A stretch of 62,882 nucleotides of DNA, the filler included, from Octopus bimaculoides (Eukaryota): NCBI RefSeq assembly GCF_001194135.2. It is 6 parts of 6 records of this genome, joined end to end, with 100 filler letters (N's around TTAATTAATTAA, not from the genome) between each part and the next. Parts side by side here need not be neighbours in the genome. Positions count along the whole stretch, not along the records: positions 16,827 to 27,262 come from NC_068988.1; positions 27,363 to 38,082 come from NC_068993.1; 4 more parts are not named here. One strand, written 5' to 3'. The notes under the pieces were generated by a model, which saw nothing but the letters and a program-made list of their open reading frames with translations, searched no databases and was not told the DNA's origin. Made by a program: the position numbers and the translations under genes. This document shows positions 24,728 through 37,191 of the stretch, piece by piece (position 1 is the first letter of the stretch; every line of letters begins with the position of its first letter).

Positions 24728-25705
24728 NNNNNNNNNNNNNNNNNNNNNNNNNNNNNNNNNNNNNNNNNNNNNNNNNNNNNNNNNNNNNNNNNNNNNNNNN
24801 NNNNNNNNNNNNNNNNNNNNNNNNNNNNNNNNNNNNNNNNNNNNNNNNNNNNNNNNNNNNNNNNNNNNNNNNNNNNNNNNNNNNNNNNNNNNNNNNNNNN
24901 NNNNNNNNNNNNNNNNNNNNNNNNNNNNNNNNNNNNNNNNNNNNNNNNNNNNNNNNNNNNNNNNNNNNNNNNNNNNNNNNNNNNNNNNNNNNNNNNNNNN
25001 NNNNNNNNNNNNNNNNNNNNNNNNNNNNNNNNNNNNNNNNNNNNNNNNNNNNNNNNNNNNNNNNNNNNNNNNNNNNNNNNNNNNNNNNNNNNNNNNNNNN
25101 NNNNNNNNNNNNNNNNNNNNNNNNNNNNNNNNNNNNNNNNNNNNNNNNNNNNNNNNNNNNNNNNNNNNNNNNNNNNNNNNNNNNNNNNNNNNNNNNNNNN
25201 NNNNNNNNNNNNNNNNNNNNNNNNNNNNNNNNNNNNNNNNNNNNNNNNNNNNNNNNNNNNNNNNNNNNNNNNNNNNNNNNNNNNNNNNNNNNNNNNNNNN
25301 NNNNNNNNNNNNNNNNNNNNNNNNNNNNNNNNNNNNNNNNNNNNNNNNNNNNNNNNNNNNNNNNNNNNNNNNNNNNNNNNNNNNNNNNNNNNNNNNNNNN
25401 NNNNNNNNNNNNNNNNNNNNNNNNNNNNNNNNNNNNNNNNNNNNNNNNNNNNNNNNNNNNNNNNNNNNNNNNNNNNNNNNNNNNNNNNNNNNNNNNNNNN
25501 NNNNNNNNNNNNNNNNNNNNNNNNNNNNNNNNNNNNNNNNNNNNNNNNNNNNNNNNNNNNNNNNNNNNNNNNNNNNNNNNNNNNNNNNNNNNNNNNNNNN
25601 NNNNNNNNNNNNNNNNNNNNNNNNNNNNNNNNNNNNNNNNNNNNNNNNNNNNNNNNNNNNNNNNNNNNNNNNNNNNNNNNNNNNNNNNNNNNNNNNNNNN
25701 NNNNN

Positions 25706-25740
<35 letters not shown>

Positions 25741-25989
25741 GTGTGCGTGTGTGGTGTGTGTGTGCGTGCGTGCATGCATGTGTATGTGTTAAATTATATA
25801 AATTGGGGAAAACTTTTATTAAAATCGATAGAAACAAAGTTTAATCTGATCGATGACAACCTTTTATGAAAAGAGCGATCAAGTCTAGACTAGTAAGAGT
25901 GGCTCTACGAATTATACTTTAGCTCTTGCGTCACTGTGCTCTTATTTTCTATGAACACCAAGGCAAACTTATACATGCAACAAAGCTGA

Positions 25990-26800
25990 CAGACCTGGCA
26001 GATATGTTTATATTCTACAGGCAGCATAGAGTGTGTCCTTGCTTCATTCACCAATCTCTTGTTCCGAAACGGTGAGCCCTATGAAAGTACTAATGATGCC
26101 AAGCTCAACAACTGATCGGTATGTTCTTCGAATGTCGAAGCTAAAATTACAATTTCCTCATACTTCCCTTAATCTTCTCCATATTGTACAGCAGTGGTTT
26201 TCTGACTCCACGTGTGTATTTGGAATCGATTATAAAACAATATGTTGGAAATTGTAGTATCATCCCTACGAACGACATTCCTCATCCAGAGCGTTTGTTC
26301 ATGCAACAAGAATTTTCAATGTCACTTATGATACACTTTTCAAGGATACCACTAATTAGAATCTTGTAACTTCAGCAGCTGTTTAAGCGCCAATACTTCA
26401 TTTGAAACTCATAAAAAGCATAACTAAATGGTGGTCTTAATTATACTACCATTGATTATTATGATAAAGCTTGACTGTGGTACATATAGGATATGCTGAC
26501 CAACAATGTTCGGTGTTAATGATACTAAAAAAATCTGTCTATTTAAAATCTATTTACATGTTGCAATTCTACCAAAGAATGAGCAACTTTTGCACAAACA
26601 CCTGGTAAACCTAGCTCCTGCATCAATTCAAGGCTTTGTATTGAACTTTTGGGTATTGAACAGATTTGTACTGGACGAAAATTGAATGCATTCATTAAAT
26701 ACAGATTTAAATATCAGAGAGAAAAACAGGAAAAATATTATAAGCGCAAGAAAGTAGATTTCTTGAATACCATTTGAATTATAGAAAGGATTAGAACGCT
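25990..26800 (+). mobile_element. Possible highly decayed L1/Tx1-like LINE segment
   Basis: Broken frames give LKLIKSITK / GGLNYTTIDYYDKA.LW, similar to the KxxGGLxxPxxxxYYxA post-RT motif; many stops. Confidence 0.3.
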
Positions 26801-26849
26801 GGCCATCGGTAATTACAGTTGCCATCAAGTCGATATGAAAGTATATATA

Positions 26850-27262
26850 CTAGGCTGAGTAAAAAAAATAAGTAACGTTTTGAAACATGAAATTCATCAC
26901 AATATATTTCAACAATGCGGAAATTTTATTCATCAAAGTAAGTGCTATTACAATCAACACACTTTAGCCAATGAGTTACAAGTTTGTTTATTCCGGTAAC
27001 ATAAAAATCTGGAGTTCTGGAGCTGATGAATTCTTTGAACGGTAGGAGAAAGGTCTGAGGAATAAGCTGGGTGGGGAAGAACTTCGTAGCTGAGTTCGCT
27101 CAAATTCTGAGGCGTCATTAGTGAAACGTGAGGTGGAGTTTTGTCATGAACAATGAATGGCCCTCTTCTGTGGACCAGTTTTTCAGCTTCTTCAATAAAA
27201 GAAAGAAAATCCGCAACCTTCCGTCTCAATAAACCACTATTGTTCCTGAAAGTTGTTTTTTT
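26850..27262 (-). mobile_element. Mariner transposon 3' relic
   Basis: ORF 26954-27229 has IVHDKTPPH and SYEVLPHPAYSSDLSPT (mariner HDNA..H / HPPYSPDLAP); TA|CTAGGCTGAG terminus; cut off by a gap. Confidence 0.85.
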
Positions 27263-27362
27263 NNNNNNNNNNNNNNNNNNNNNNNNNNNNNNNNNNNNNN
27301 NNNNNNTTAATTAATTAANNNNNNNNNNNNNNNNNNNNNNNNNNNNNNNNNNNNNNNNNNNN

Positions 27363-27399
<37 letters not shown>

Positions 27400-27401
<2 letters not shown>

Positions 27402-27590
27402 AAGAATTCACAAAAAAAAAAGACGAAGACAGGTGGTGTAGAAAACAAATAGATGTATTAGTATAACTCTCGGGAATTAAAAAAGTATTTAACGGTTCGA
27501 GCCTACGCTCTTCCACAGAAAAGAACACAGAAAGAAACAAGGGGAGAAAAAAATGTGTGTAGTGGTTAGCGATCTATCATGGTGATATAT
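27400..27590 (-). mobile_element. PLE-like terminal repeat with degenerate hammerhead core
   Basis: Minus strand ctgtgga-agagc/gtag/gctc-gaac-cgtt at about 27488-27522 parallels the 743-779 motif. Confidence 0.45.
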
Positions 27591-28625
27591 GCGTATGTAT
27601 AAAGAGTGAGAGAGAGGAAGAGGGAGTCAAAACTGAGAATCACTTCGTTGTGATATCTATATTGCTTTTACTGAAACTTGTGCCCATATCTGAAACTGGC
27701 TTATATTATGACACAGAAAGATCCTGTTAGTTTTCATAGCGATGCAATTATATCGACTGACAGCTAACAGATTCAGTTTTAAACATTTTCCTGTTTTACA
27801 ATCAGAGTTTTCTGCCTCAAAACACACATCATTGATATCAGATATTTTTGTGGAAAATAAAGTAGCGAGAAATAAAATAAAATTAGCCAAAATGTAATAA
27901 AGCGAATGAAGATACGCAAATATCAATGGGATATGGCATTTGTATAAGTAGTACCAACAAATTTATCTGCATTTTCTCCTTGGGATTGCTGCATAAATGT
28001 CTAAGCCCCTGGTAACATTTTGTTTATGTCGATTGGATGCAGATTGTAGTGTTTTTTTTTGGAATCTTTTCTAATTTATATAGAAATATTCAATGAAAAA
28101 AGAACCAAAATAGGAATAAATTCACAATAAAAACGTAGCACAATTAATCTGTGAAAAACAGAAAATGCGAATATAAAAATAAGAGAACATGTGACATTAC
28201 AAAGATCTTTGAAGCAAATCAGACAAAGGATAGAGAGCGTGTAATACAATAGAATTAGGTATGTGTTGGACACAAAATATGACTAAAATTAGAAACTATA
28301 TATATATATATATACATACATATGTATATATATATATATANNNNNNNNNNNNNNNNNNNNNNNNNNNNNNNNNNNNNNNNNNNNNNNNNNNNNNNNNNNN
28401 NNNNNNNNNNNNNNNNNNNNNNNNNNNNNNNNNNNNNNNNNNNNNNNNNNNNNNNNNNNNNNNNNNNNNNNNNNNNNNNNNNNNNNNNNNNNNNNNNNNN
28501 NNNNNNNNNNNNNNNNNNNNNNNNNNNNNNNNNNNNNNNNNNNNNNNNNNNNNNNNNNNNNNNNNNNNNNNNNNNNNNNNNNNNATATATATATATATAT
28601 ATATATATATATACTTAGATATTAC

Positions 28626-28830
28626 ATGCTCTGCAATAATGTGAACGACAAGAACGTGTACTGGAATGACAAAAGGAATACCAAGAAAAACCACCAACGC
28701 TATCATATTATTAGAAGAAACAGGATGGATGGCAACAGCAGCGACATTAAAATATATTCCAATGAATGAAAATAAAAAGGCTTTTTTATATGTACTCCAT
28801 AATAAATAAGAAAAATTGTGAAATATTGTT
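28626..28830 (-). CDS. Candidate hydrophobic coding exon, unknown product
   Basis: AG...GT bounded 205-nt segment, 68 open codons (TIFHNFSYLLWSTYKKAFLFSFIGIYFNVAAV...IALVVFLGIPFVIPVHVLVVHIIAEH); the donor GTAATA is weak. Confidence 0.2.
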
Positions 28831-28944
28831 CTGGTGTTAGGGTATGAAATATAGGAGACTAGTTGTTCGTATGCTGGTTTATAACTTCAGGTGTTTTTTA
28901 GTTTTTTTATATTTGTTCCTTTTCATTTTATCCCTTTGCTCTCT

Positions 28945-29179
28945 TGCGTGTTTTAGTTATTTGTCTGAGTCCATGCTGGAGCACTGCCTTAAAGCTTTGA
29001 ACAAATCGATTCGAGTACATTCTGTTATGTCTGGTGCTTATTCTATCGGTATTTTTACCGACCATCCGTTTAATTACTGGATGGAGAACAACCAGCATCG
29101 GTTGTAAGGTTCTGATTGGGACTAGCAGAGTAAAAACGCAAAGAAACACTCACGAACGCTGGCACATGCACGCACGTAT

Positions 29180-29211
<32 letters not shown>

Positions 29212-29389
29212 GCGCGCGCGTGCGCAACAGGGTTTTCGTCTCCATTCTATCACTCACAGGTTACAAGACATTGGTCGACAAGGAGCTAGAGTAGAAGACA
29301 CCTTCCAGTCACGCCGCGCAGTGGGACAAAAACCTGAAACCATGTAGTGGCAAAACGACCTTTTTAACCACAGAGACATGCCTGCACCT
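28945..29389 (-). mobile_element. Older degraded copy of the 18535-family SINE
   Basis: ccatgctggagcactgcc...tagagtagaagacacc...cgcagtgggac...cacagagacatgcctgcacct. Confidence 0.7.
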
Positions 29390-29506
29390 TATTATTATTT
29401 TCTTTGTGTGAAGTTTTCTAGGCAAGTGGCTCGTTATATAGTGAGTTTGGTTCTCTGACAGAACATCGCATTGTGCTCTTGAGCAAAACACTTCACGTCT
29501 TGTCTG

Positions 29507-29720
29507 AGGTGGCGAGCTGGTAGAATCCTTAGCAAAATGCTTAGCGGCATGTTGTCTGTTTTTACGTTCAAATTCCGTCGAGTTCGACTTCGTCTTCCAT
29601 CCTTTTCAAGTCGAAAAAATAAGTACCATTTTTAGACGGGTGCGTGTGGGTGGGCAATGTAATCGACCAGTCCCTCCCCTCAAAATTGCTGGCCTTGTAC
29701 CAAAATTTAAAACCATTATT
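29507..29720 (+). mobile_element. Meta-like SINE
   Basis: gaggtggcgagctggtagaatc head and ttcgacttcgtcttccatccttttcaagtcg core. Confidence 0.8.
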
Positions 29721-29989
29721 ATTTTCATTTATTCGTGTGTTTTGCTTCCTGTAACTGTTTTTTCAATAGCTTGGGAAATCTTGACGAAACAAAATGAGGA
29801 AATAAAATAAAGCACGTGAGTGTAACATAATGGGAATCTTCTCAACAAAGCTGGCTAACAATTCAAAACCTTTAAAGAACGAATCACAGAAGCAAAAATA
29901 ATAAATAGGCAAAGGAATGCATTATTGCACACCATTCATGGTTCCACCGAATATATTCTTCATAGTTTTAGTATAAAACTGCTGTTGTT

Positions 29990-30170
29990 ATTTTCGATGA
30001 TATTGTCCTGGCAGTGTTGTTGCTGTTGATGACTGTGGTGTTGGTGATGGTGGTGTTGATGATGGTGATGTTGGTGATGTTGGTGATTGTTATGTTCATG
30101 ATGTTAGTGTTGGTGATGGTAGTGTTGGTGGAGTTGGCGATGGTGATGGTGGTTATTGTTACGTTACTGA
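29990..30170. repeat. Degenerate (GGT/GAT/GTT)n tract
   Basis: Seen directly. Confidence 0.85.
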
Positions 30171-31839
30171 TATTTTGTTTTGGTAATAGATAAAACTGAT
30201 AATGTTGAAGTAGGTTTGTGAACTGTGCTTTTGCTTTTGTTAGTTTTTTTTTTTTTTTTTGGATATTCTGAATTCGGTTTGTCTATATTTCTAATTTGTT
30301 TAATGTTCTATTTTTCGATGCATTGCAACAGCTTTTGTTTCGTAATGTTTCTCTTTTGTGGTTTGCTTTTTTTTTTTTTACAAATCACGGTGATGAGCGA
30401 TGGGTGAGATAAAACTAGAAGCAATCACGCTCCTTGAATGAACTGTGATAAAACATAGACAACAATGCCAACTGTCAACTGATAACATAGTAGCCATTTC
30501 TTTATACTGTTGATTCTCTTTATATTCTTTCGTTTTCCATTCATGTTTCTCCGATATATTCTGGAGAATGTATCCAAGAAGCATTCTTCTTCAGAAATGA
30601 ATGACAAATATAATGCCATACAAACACGCATACACAAACAGATACACAGAGGCGCTATTAAACGAACAAACACATACACACGCAGACGCACAAAAATGCG
30701 CACGCACAAGCGTACACGCATACATACATATATGCACGTATATACGCACGTAGATAAATGGATAGCCATGCATGCACATACATGCTCAAACACCTCCTCT
30801 CTCTCTCTCTCTCCGTCTATCTGTCAGTCTGTCTCTCTATGAATGTATCCATCCATCTATCTTTATCGCTCTGTATACATGCATATGTATTCATATATAC
30901 ATGTATATATACATATGTGAATATGTATATAAATGTATACATGCATACACATATATACATGCATACATACATACATACATANNNNNNNNNNNNNNNNNNN
31001 NNNNNNNNNNNNNNNNNNNNNNNNNNNNNNNNNNNNNNNNNNNNNNNNNNNNNNNNNNNNNNNNNNNNNNNNNNNNNNNNNNNNNNNNNNNNNNNNNNNN
31101 NNNNNNNNNNNNNNNNNNNNNNNNNNNNNNNNNNNNNNNNNNNNNNNNNNNNNNNNNNNNNNNNNNNNNNNNNNNNNNNNNNNNNNNNNNNNNNNNNNNN
31201 NNNNNNNNNNNNNNNNNNNNNNNNNNNNNNNNNNNNNNNNNNNNNNNNNNNNNNNNNNNNNNNNNNNNNNNNNNNNNNNNNNNNNNNNNNNNNTATATAT
31301 ATGTAGTTATAAATAGATATAGGCATACATATATCAAAATAGGTTCAGATTGGCTGCGAGAGCGATTCATTCGGTAAAAAGAAAAAGATGTATAGATTTT
31401 ATTCTGAGACATCCCGTATTAAAAGAACAATAAATACACAGATACGCTCGCACGTGCAGGCATCACATGTAGAGATATATATATATTTATAAATATATAC
31501 GCTTTCTGTGAGACTGTACATACATACATGTAAGTTTTTTGGTGTGTGTGTGTGTGTGTATGTTTGTTTGTGTGTACGTGTGCGTGCGTATGCGTGTGTG
31601 CGCGCGTGTGTGTACGTGTGTGTTTGTGTGTGTGCTAGCGCGTTTCTTGTGAACGGTATATTTTTGTTTCCTTAGGGTCGTAAGTTACTGAATGCATGGC
31701 TATTTCCCGGAGCACTCTGCAACCAATTCTTATCGAAAATTCATTATCGTAAGGAGACATATGAATGCGTTTTTGAGATTGCCGTCCTCTTAAATGAATT
31801 GTATTTGAAGGTCATTATTAGTGCTCCGGTTTTCCTCAC

Positions 31840-31973
31840 GGCTAGAATTTGTGAAAGAAATACTTTTACAGCTGGGCTGGACAATTTTGATCTATTGTAA
31901 CAGCTATCGTAATTAAGGCGGAGATAATTCTCGTGTAGTTTGAGGGAGGTGTACAGCCCCAGCATCAAGTTAT
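31840..31973 (-). CDS. Candidate coding exon (DNLMLGLYTSLKLHENYLRLNYDSCYNRSKLSSPAVKVFLSQILA)
   Basis: Strong acceptor tttattcttgtttcag; only the phase-1 frame is open; possible donor gcc|gtgagg; phase-compatible with 32547-32603. Confidence 0.3.
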
Positions 31974-32546
31974 CTGAAACAAGAATAAACGAAGAAATCC
32001 CTTTCAATCCTATCTATCATTGTGTCAGCCATTCATCACTTCCAAAATACAGAGCTAATAAAATGAAAATGTAATATTAACAGAATTATTGATTTAGAGA
32101 AATAAAATAATATAAAATAATATAGAATGTTTGTAGAAATCAAATCCGTTCGTGCATTCAGATTTTAAAAACCAAAATGGAATTTATGTTTATTCAAGAC
32201 GAAAATTTAATAATCAATGCTTTTGAATAATTGGTTATAATTTTATTTTTAAAAAATAAAATCCTTTTAATAATATTGTCTGCAAATATTTTCAGTAATG
32301 CGTTATATAATTTATATTATTCTTTTTGACCTGCTTGAATTGAAATCAAACTTTCTTGTATTCACCTTGAAATTATTGATCTTGCATGATATATCAGCTG
32401 GTTTTCGCTCTTGATTTAACCTCTTCGGGACAAATTTATGTCTGATTTTTTTGATATGTTTCAACTAATAGAAAATGAAAGGAATCGTTTTGATATTTTC
32501 GAGATATTATACGAAGAAATATCTTTCTCTATAATATATGAATTAC

Positions 32547-32603
32547 CCGTAGTAGAGACCAGTGGGACATTCAGAAGGGGAACAAATTCACCCAAGACGG
32601 TGT
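32547..32603 (-). CDS. Candidate 57-nt symmetric coding exon (DTVLGEFVPLLNVPLVSTT)
   Basis: Acceptor ctgtgtttctccag, donor acgg|gtaatt, phase 1-1; joins in frame to 31973. Confidence 0.3.
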
Positions 32604-33242
32604 CTGGAGAAACACAGCAGAATATTGTGAACAATAATATCTTCACCACAAATTACCTGTAAGTATACTGAAATACTTGTATATTTTATAATGTATACTA
32701 ATATGTCGTATCAGAAGGTAATTCAGTTCTATATTTAGATAAATAATGTAAATAATGTAGAAGCTAACCGTATATGATATATCTTTAGCAATAACGCTCA
32801 TAAAATTTTTAGTAGAAAAGAAAGAACAATCCAACACGTTGACTGGTGAAACACCCACAACAACGTATGTGAATCAACAGTATATCAGTTACTAACACTA
32901 GAGAATGATCCTCTTTATAGCAGTAAATTATGCAGTCTGTACCCCAATATATTTCATACACTCAGATTTCGTAAGTTACTGTTGTAATATCAATATACTG
33001 GTATCTTAGCAGAAGCGATTGGTACATTAATCTGTGAGATTGAGAATAGTAAACGTATTATAGTCAGCGGGATGTTATGTAAAAAGTAGCAGTTACTCAT
33101 CTAAATTTTGTTCCTGGTTGATTTTGTTCTTTAACCCATGGCTATCTCTGATAGTGTAATCCTATCAAGAAAAGAGTAAAAGAGTAAATATAAACGAACT
33201 CACATGTGTTTGTGCGCATGTGCGTGTACATATATATAATTC

Positions 33243-33345
33243 ATTTATTCTTTCACTTGTTTCAGTCCTATGATGCGGCCATGCTGGAGTTCCACTTCAC
33301 TCGTGCAAATCGGCACCAGGGCTTATTTGTAAACCTAGTTCTTAT
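33243..33345 (-). mobile_element. 3' fragment of the 18535-family SINE
   Basis: acttgtttcagtc...gcggccatgctggag...tttgtaaacctagt. Confidence 0.65.
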
Positions 33346-33382
33346 TGGGGAACAAAGCATCTTATCATACAGCCAAGCCAGC

Positions 33383-33457
<75 letters not shown>

Positions 33458-33717
33458 TAGTTTACACATAGACTATATATATATAAGACAATACTGGAAA
33501 TCAGGAAACTTTTTGCTATTATTTATTCACCATTACACATATTTCATACACTAATAGGAATTACAGTGTTTTACATGTTAGACAGACATGTAAAGAGTTC
33601 AGACAGATCATTTAGATATTACATATTTTACATTTGGTTGTTGCCTTTATATCTACTTAGTAATGAGGAGCAGTATATATGCATGTCTATATGTGCGTGT
33701 GGGTGTTCGTATGTTTG

Positions 33718-33770
<53 letters not shown>

Positions 33771-34103
33771 ATATAGGTACGTTTAAGAGCACGGGCGTAT
33801 GTAAATGAATTTTGTAGGACGTTATGACATCGGATTGTATTCTAGTTTGATTATTTAAATATCAGCATTACTATTCATATTCTTTTACCGTCTCTTGACT
33901 CATGTTTCATGTAGCATCGTGCAATCAACAGTGCGTAGATTGATATTTGATACTTGCTTGTTCCGCGCTACAGAACGACTAGAAGTGCAGCGCTGTTATA
34001 TTCCGTATGTCCCACTCTTTGAAGAATTCTTTCTTCAGACTGAATTCATATTGGAAATACATGAACAATAAATATAAAAGTGCCGAACTTACCTCATTTC
34101 TCG

Positions 34104-34166
<63 letters not shown>

Positions 34167-34477
34167 ATAACATATATATAAGTGGGCTATCGTGTGTGTG
34201 AGCTTAATACGGATATATCTTAATATGCCTATGCAATATAATATCCATTTAATCATATAGTCGCAATATCCTAGCATATATATTAGATTACATTATATTA
34301 AGTTTTATATTATGCATTTATCACTCTGTTATACTTATCTGGTATTCTGTTATATACTTGAAAAGAGCCTCTCGTAAGTGTGAGGTTAAAGTGGATATAT
34401 CTTAATATACCATTATATATTTATAAGTATGCATGTAAGCATGTAGATATATTTCTATATCACTGTATTTTTCTATG

Positions 34478-34560
<83 letters not shown>

Positions 34561-34828
34561 GTTATAAGCACAGTAGGCTTAAGTTATGGAGACATTGCAA
34601 TGTAATCTTATACATATTTAAGAATATATATTCAATATTTTAACGTATGTGTGATTACTCTATATTAAGCTTCATTCAATTACTTCTCTCTGCGTCAGTG
34701 AGCGTATATGCATGCATATACAATATAATATATATATATATATATATAAACACAGAGAGAGCATATACCTACATATGTGTGTGTGAGTGTAAAATGGTTG
34801 TTTGGTAAATGTCAGAATGGTATGAATG

Positions 34829-35685
34829 ATTGCTTCAAATTACGGCGCAATGCTAGCAATTTTACGCGGAGTGTGCAAATCAATTAATTGTTTATGTTTC
34901 GATCTCGAAACAATGAAAATCAAAGTTGACCTTGATTGGATTTCTACCCAGAACGTAAAGAGACTAACGAACTGATATTAAGCATTTTGTTCCACACGCT
35001 AACAATTCTGACAGTTGGCTATTTAAATAATCCTTTCTACGTAAGGCCTAACTGCAGATAATTTTCAGGCTTAAAAGGCCGCGACAATTACATCGAGCTC
35101 AGTGGCTGAAATAATAAAAGGTAAAATCAACTTTGGTGGAATGTGAACTCAGAAAGTAAAGAGCCGCACGAAATGCAGTTAAACGTAATTTCTTGTACAC
35201 TAACAATTCTACCAGCCACCTTTTTCATAATCTCTCTTCCAATTATAGACACAAGCCTTGAAATTTTGAAGGGAGGGTAAGTCTATTACATTGAACCCCA
35301 ATGTCTATCTGGTACTTATTTTATCGATCACGGAGGGGGAACGCAAGGTCAAACTCGGTGGAATTTGAACTCAGAACTTAAAGACAGACGGCATGCAGCT
35401 AATCATTTTGCTCGACGTGTAAACGATTCAGCTAGCTCAGTCTTGACCTTGCTATAAATACAGGTTTCAAATTTTAGCACAAGGTCGGCCACTTCGACCA
35501 TGTCAGCAACTGGATTCCATTATATCAACCCTAGTACTCAACTGGTACATATTTAACCGACACAAAAGGGATGAAAGGTACAGTCAACCTCGGCAGCATT
35601 TGAATCCAGAATGTAAAGACAGCAGATATGGCTTTTAAGCATTCTCCCCGTCGTGTTAACGATTCTGTCAGCTCCCCGCCCTGTT
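34829..35685 (-). mobile_element. Four head-to-tail degraded Meta-like SINE copies
   Basis: Each ~200-220 bp unit has the aaaggtaaagtcaacct...cagaa core and ctaac.attct..cagct head end, near 34830-35020, 35040-35220, 35240-35440 and 35460-35685. Confidence 0.7.
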
Positions 35686-36124
35686 TTTGATATGCTTAAT
35701 AACAAATATTTAATGACGAATGGTCTCAGTATTATAAGTTGAAAGAAAATTATTATATATATTGATTTTGACTGGGCTTAATGTTTTGGTTGTAAAATTT
35801 TGTTGATTCGTGTGTGACGCTCCGGGTGAATCATATCTTCCGGCTAACCTAATATTATATATATATATATATATCTGTTTTGTGAGTGTAAGTGTACGTA
35901 TGTATGTGTCTATTAACATGTATTAATGGGCATTTTTGAGGGCCTTATAGAAAACTAGAATGCGTATACTGATGGTCAAATTCATTATTTGTAGAGTAGA
36001 ATATAGTGGCGATATTGATTTAACAGGAACTTCAAGTTTCACCTTTAACATTAAAGGCGAAATTTAAAGTCACATTTAAATCAATATAATATAAATAATA
36101 TATGATATTAATAAATATAATATA

Positions 36125-36173
<49 letters not shown>

Positions 36174-36977
36174 AATATATTTATGCGTGTGTGTATACAT
36201 ATATATGTATATGCATTTATATACATATATCTATACATGTATATACATATACATATGCATATATATATATATCCATATAAATGCATAATAAATATATGTA
36301 CATATATGTATATATATATATATGCGTGCGTGCGTGTGCGTGTATATAAACACCCACCCACCCACTCACACACACACTCCTCACACACACACTCACATAC
36401 ACATCAATGAAATGTCTACTTGGGTTTGAAGTTCCAAGCTATAATATATATATTAACAGTTGATAAGTGGAAACGTAAATATATTCCTATACAATAGTCT
36501 TTAATGCGAAAGTAAAGAGTGACCTGTACTATATTTAGATGTTACAAAACTGCTCTCGGAGAATAGAATCGTTTATTAGAATTAAATTCAAGTTGAAGTC
36601 TTGAAATACGTCAGAGGGCAGAGGTGATCTCTCCTCATTTCAATTATCAATTTGTCAAGTGTACAAATCACTTGTGAGTTTGCGGTAAGAGATGATCTGA
36701 CCTATAGGTGAAAGAACAATGTTTCCTTGCTAATATTTCACAATCTTAACAAATACCCAGATACTCACATATTTGCAGATTTTATTCGCTCATTCTTTGT
36801 ATCTCCTTTTCTCACATAGTTAAATGCACATACACATAGCACATATTACGTATTCATACTGAGGGAGATACTATTACAATCCCGTTTTCCTTAAATATTT
36901 CTCAATTCCTTTTACTACGAGTCGATTTGTTATTCTATTAAATTTAGCTTTCTGCTACTCACTCTCTGTCTCTCTTC

Positions 36978-37032
<55 letters not shown>

Positions 37033-37129
37033 TCTAAAGATATATATACATATATGTNNNNNNNNNNNNNNNNNNNNNNNNNNNNNNNNNNNNNNNNNNN
37101 NNNNNNNNNNNNNNNNNNNNNNNNNNNNN

Positions 37130-37191
<62 letters not shown>

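Noticed and set aside
28640-28835. Alternative frame resembling Cys-loop receptor M1/M2 (KKPFYF...LLLPSILFLL)
   Set aside because: Two in-frame stops and T-rich composition explain the hydrophobic look; no diagnostic residues.
33950-34100. Strong minus donor gag|gtaagt and nearby short frames
   Set aside because: The upstream sequence is a GATA microsatellite and all candidate frames hit stops.
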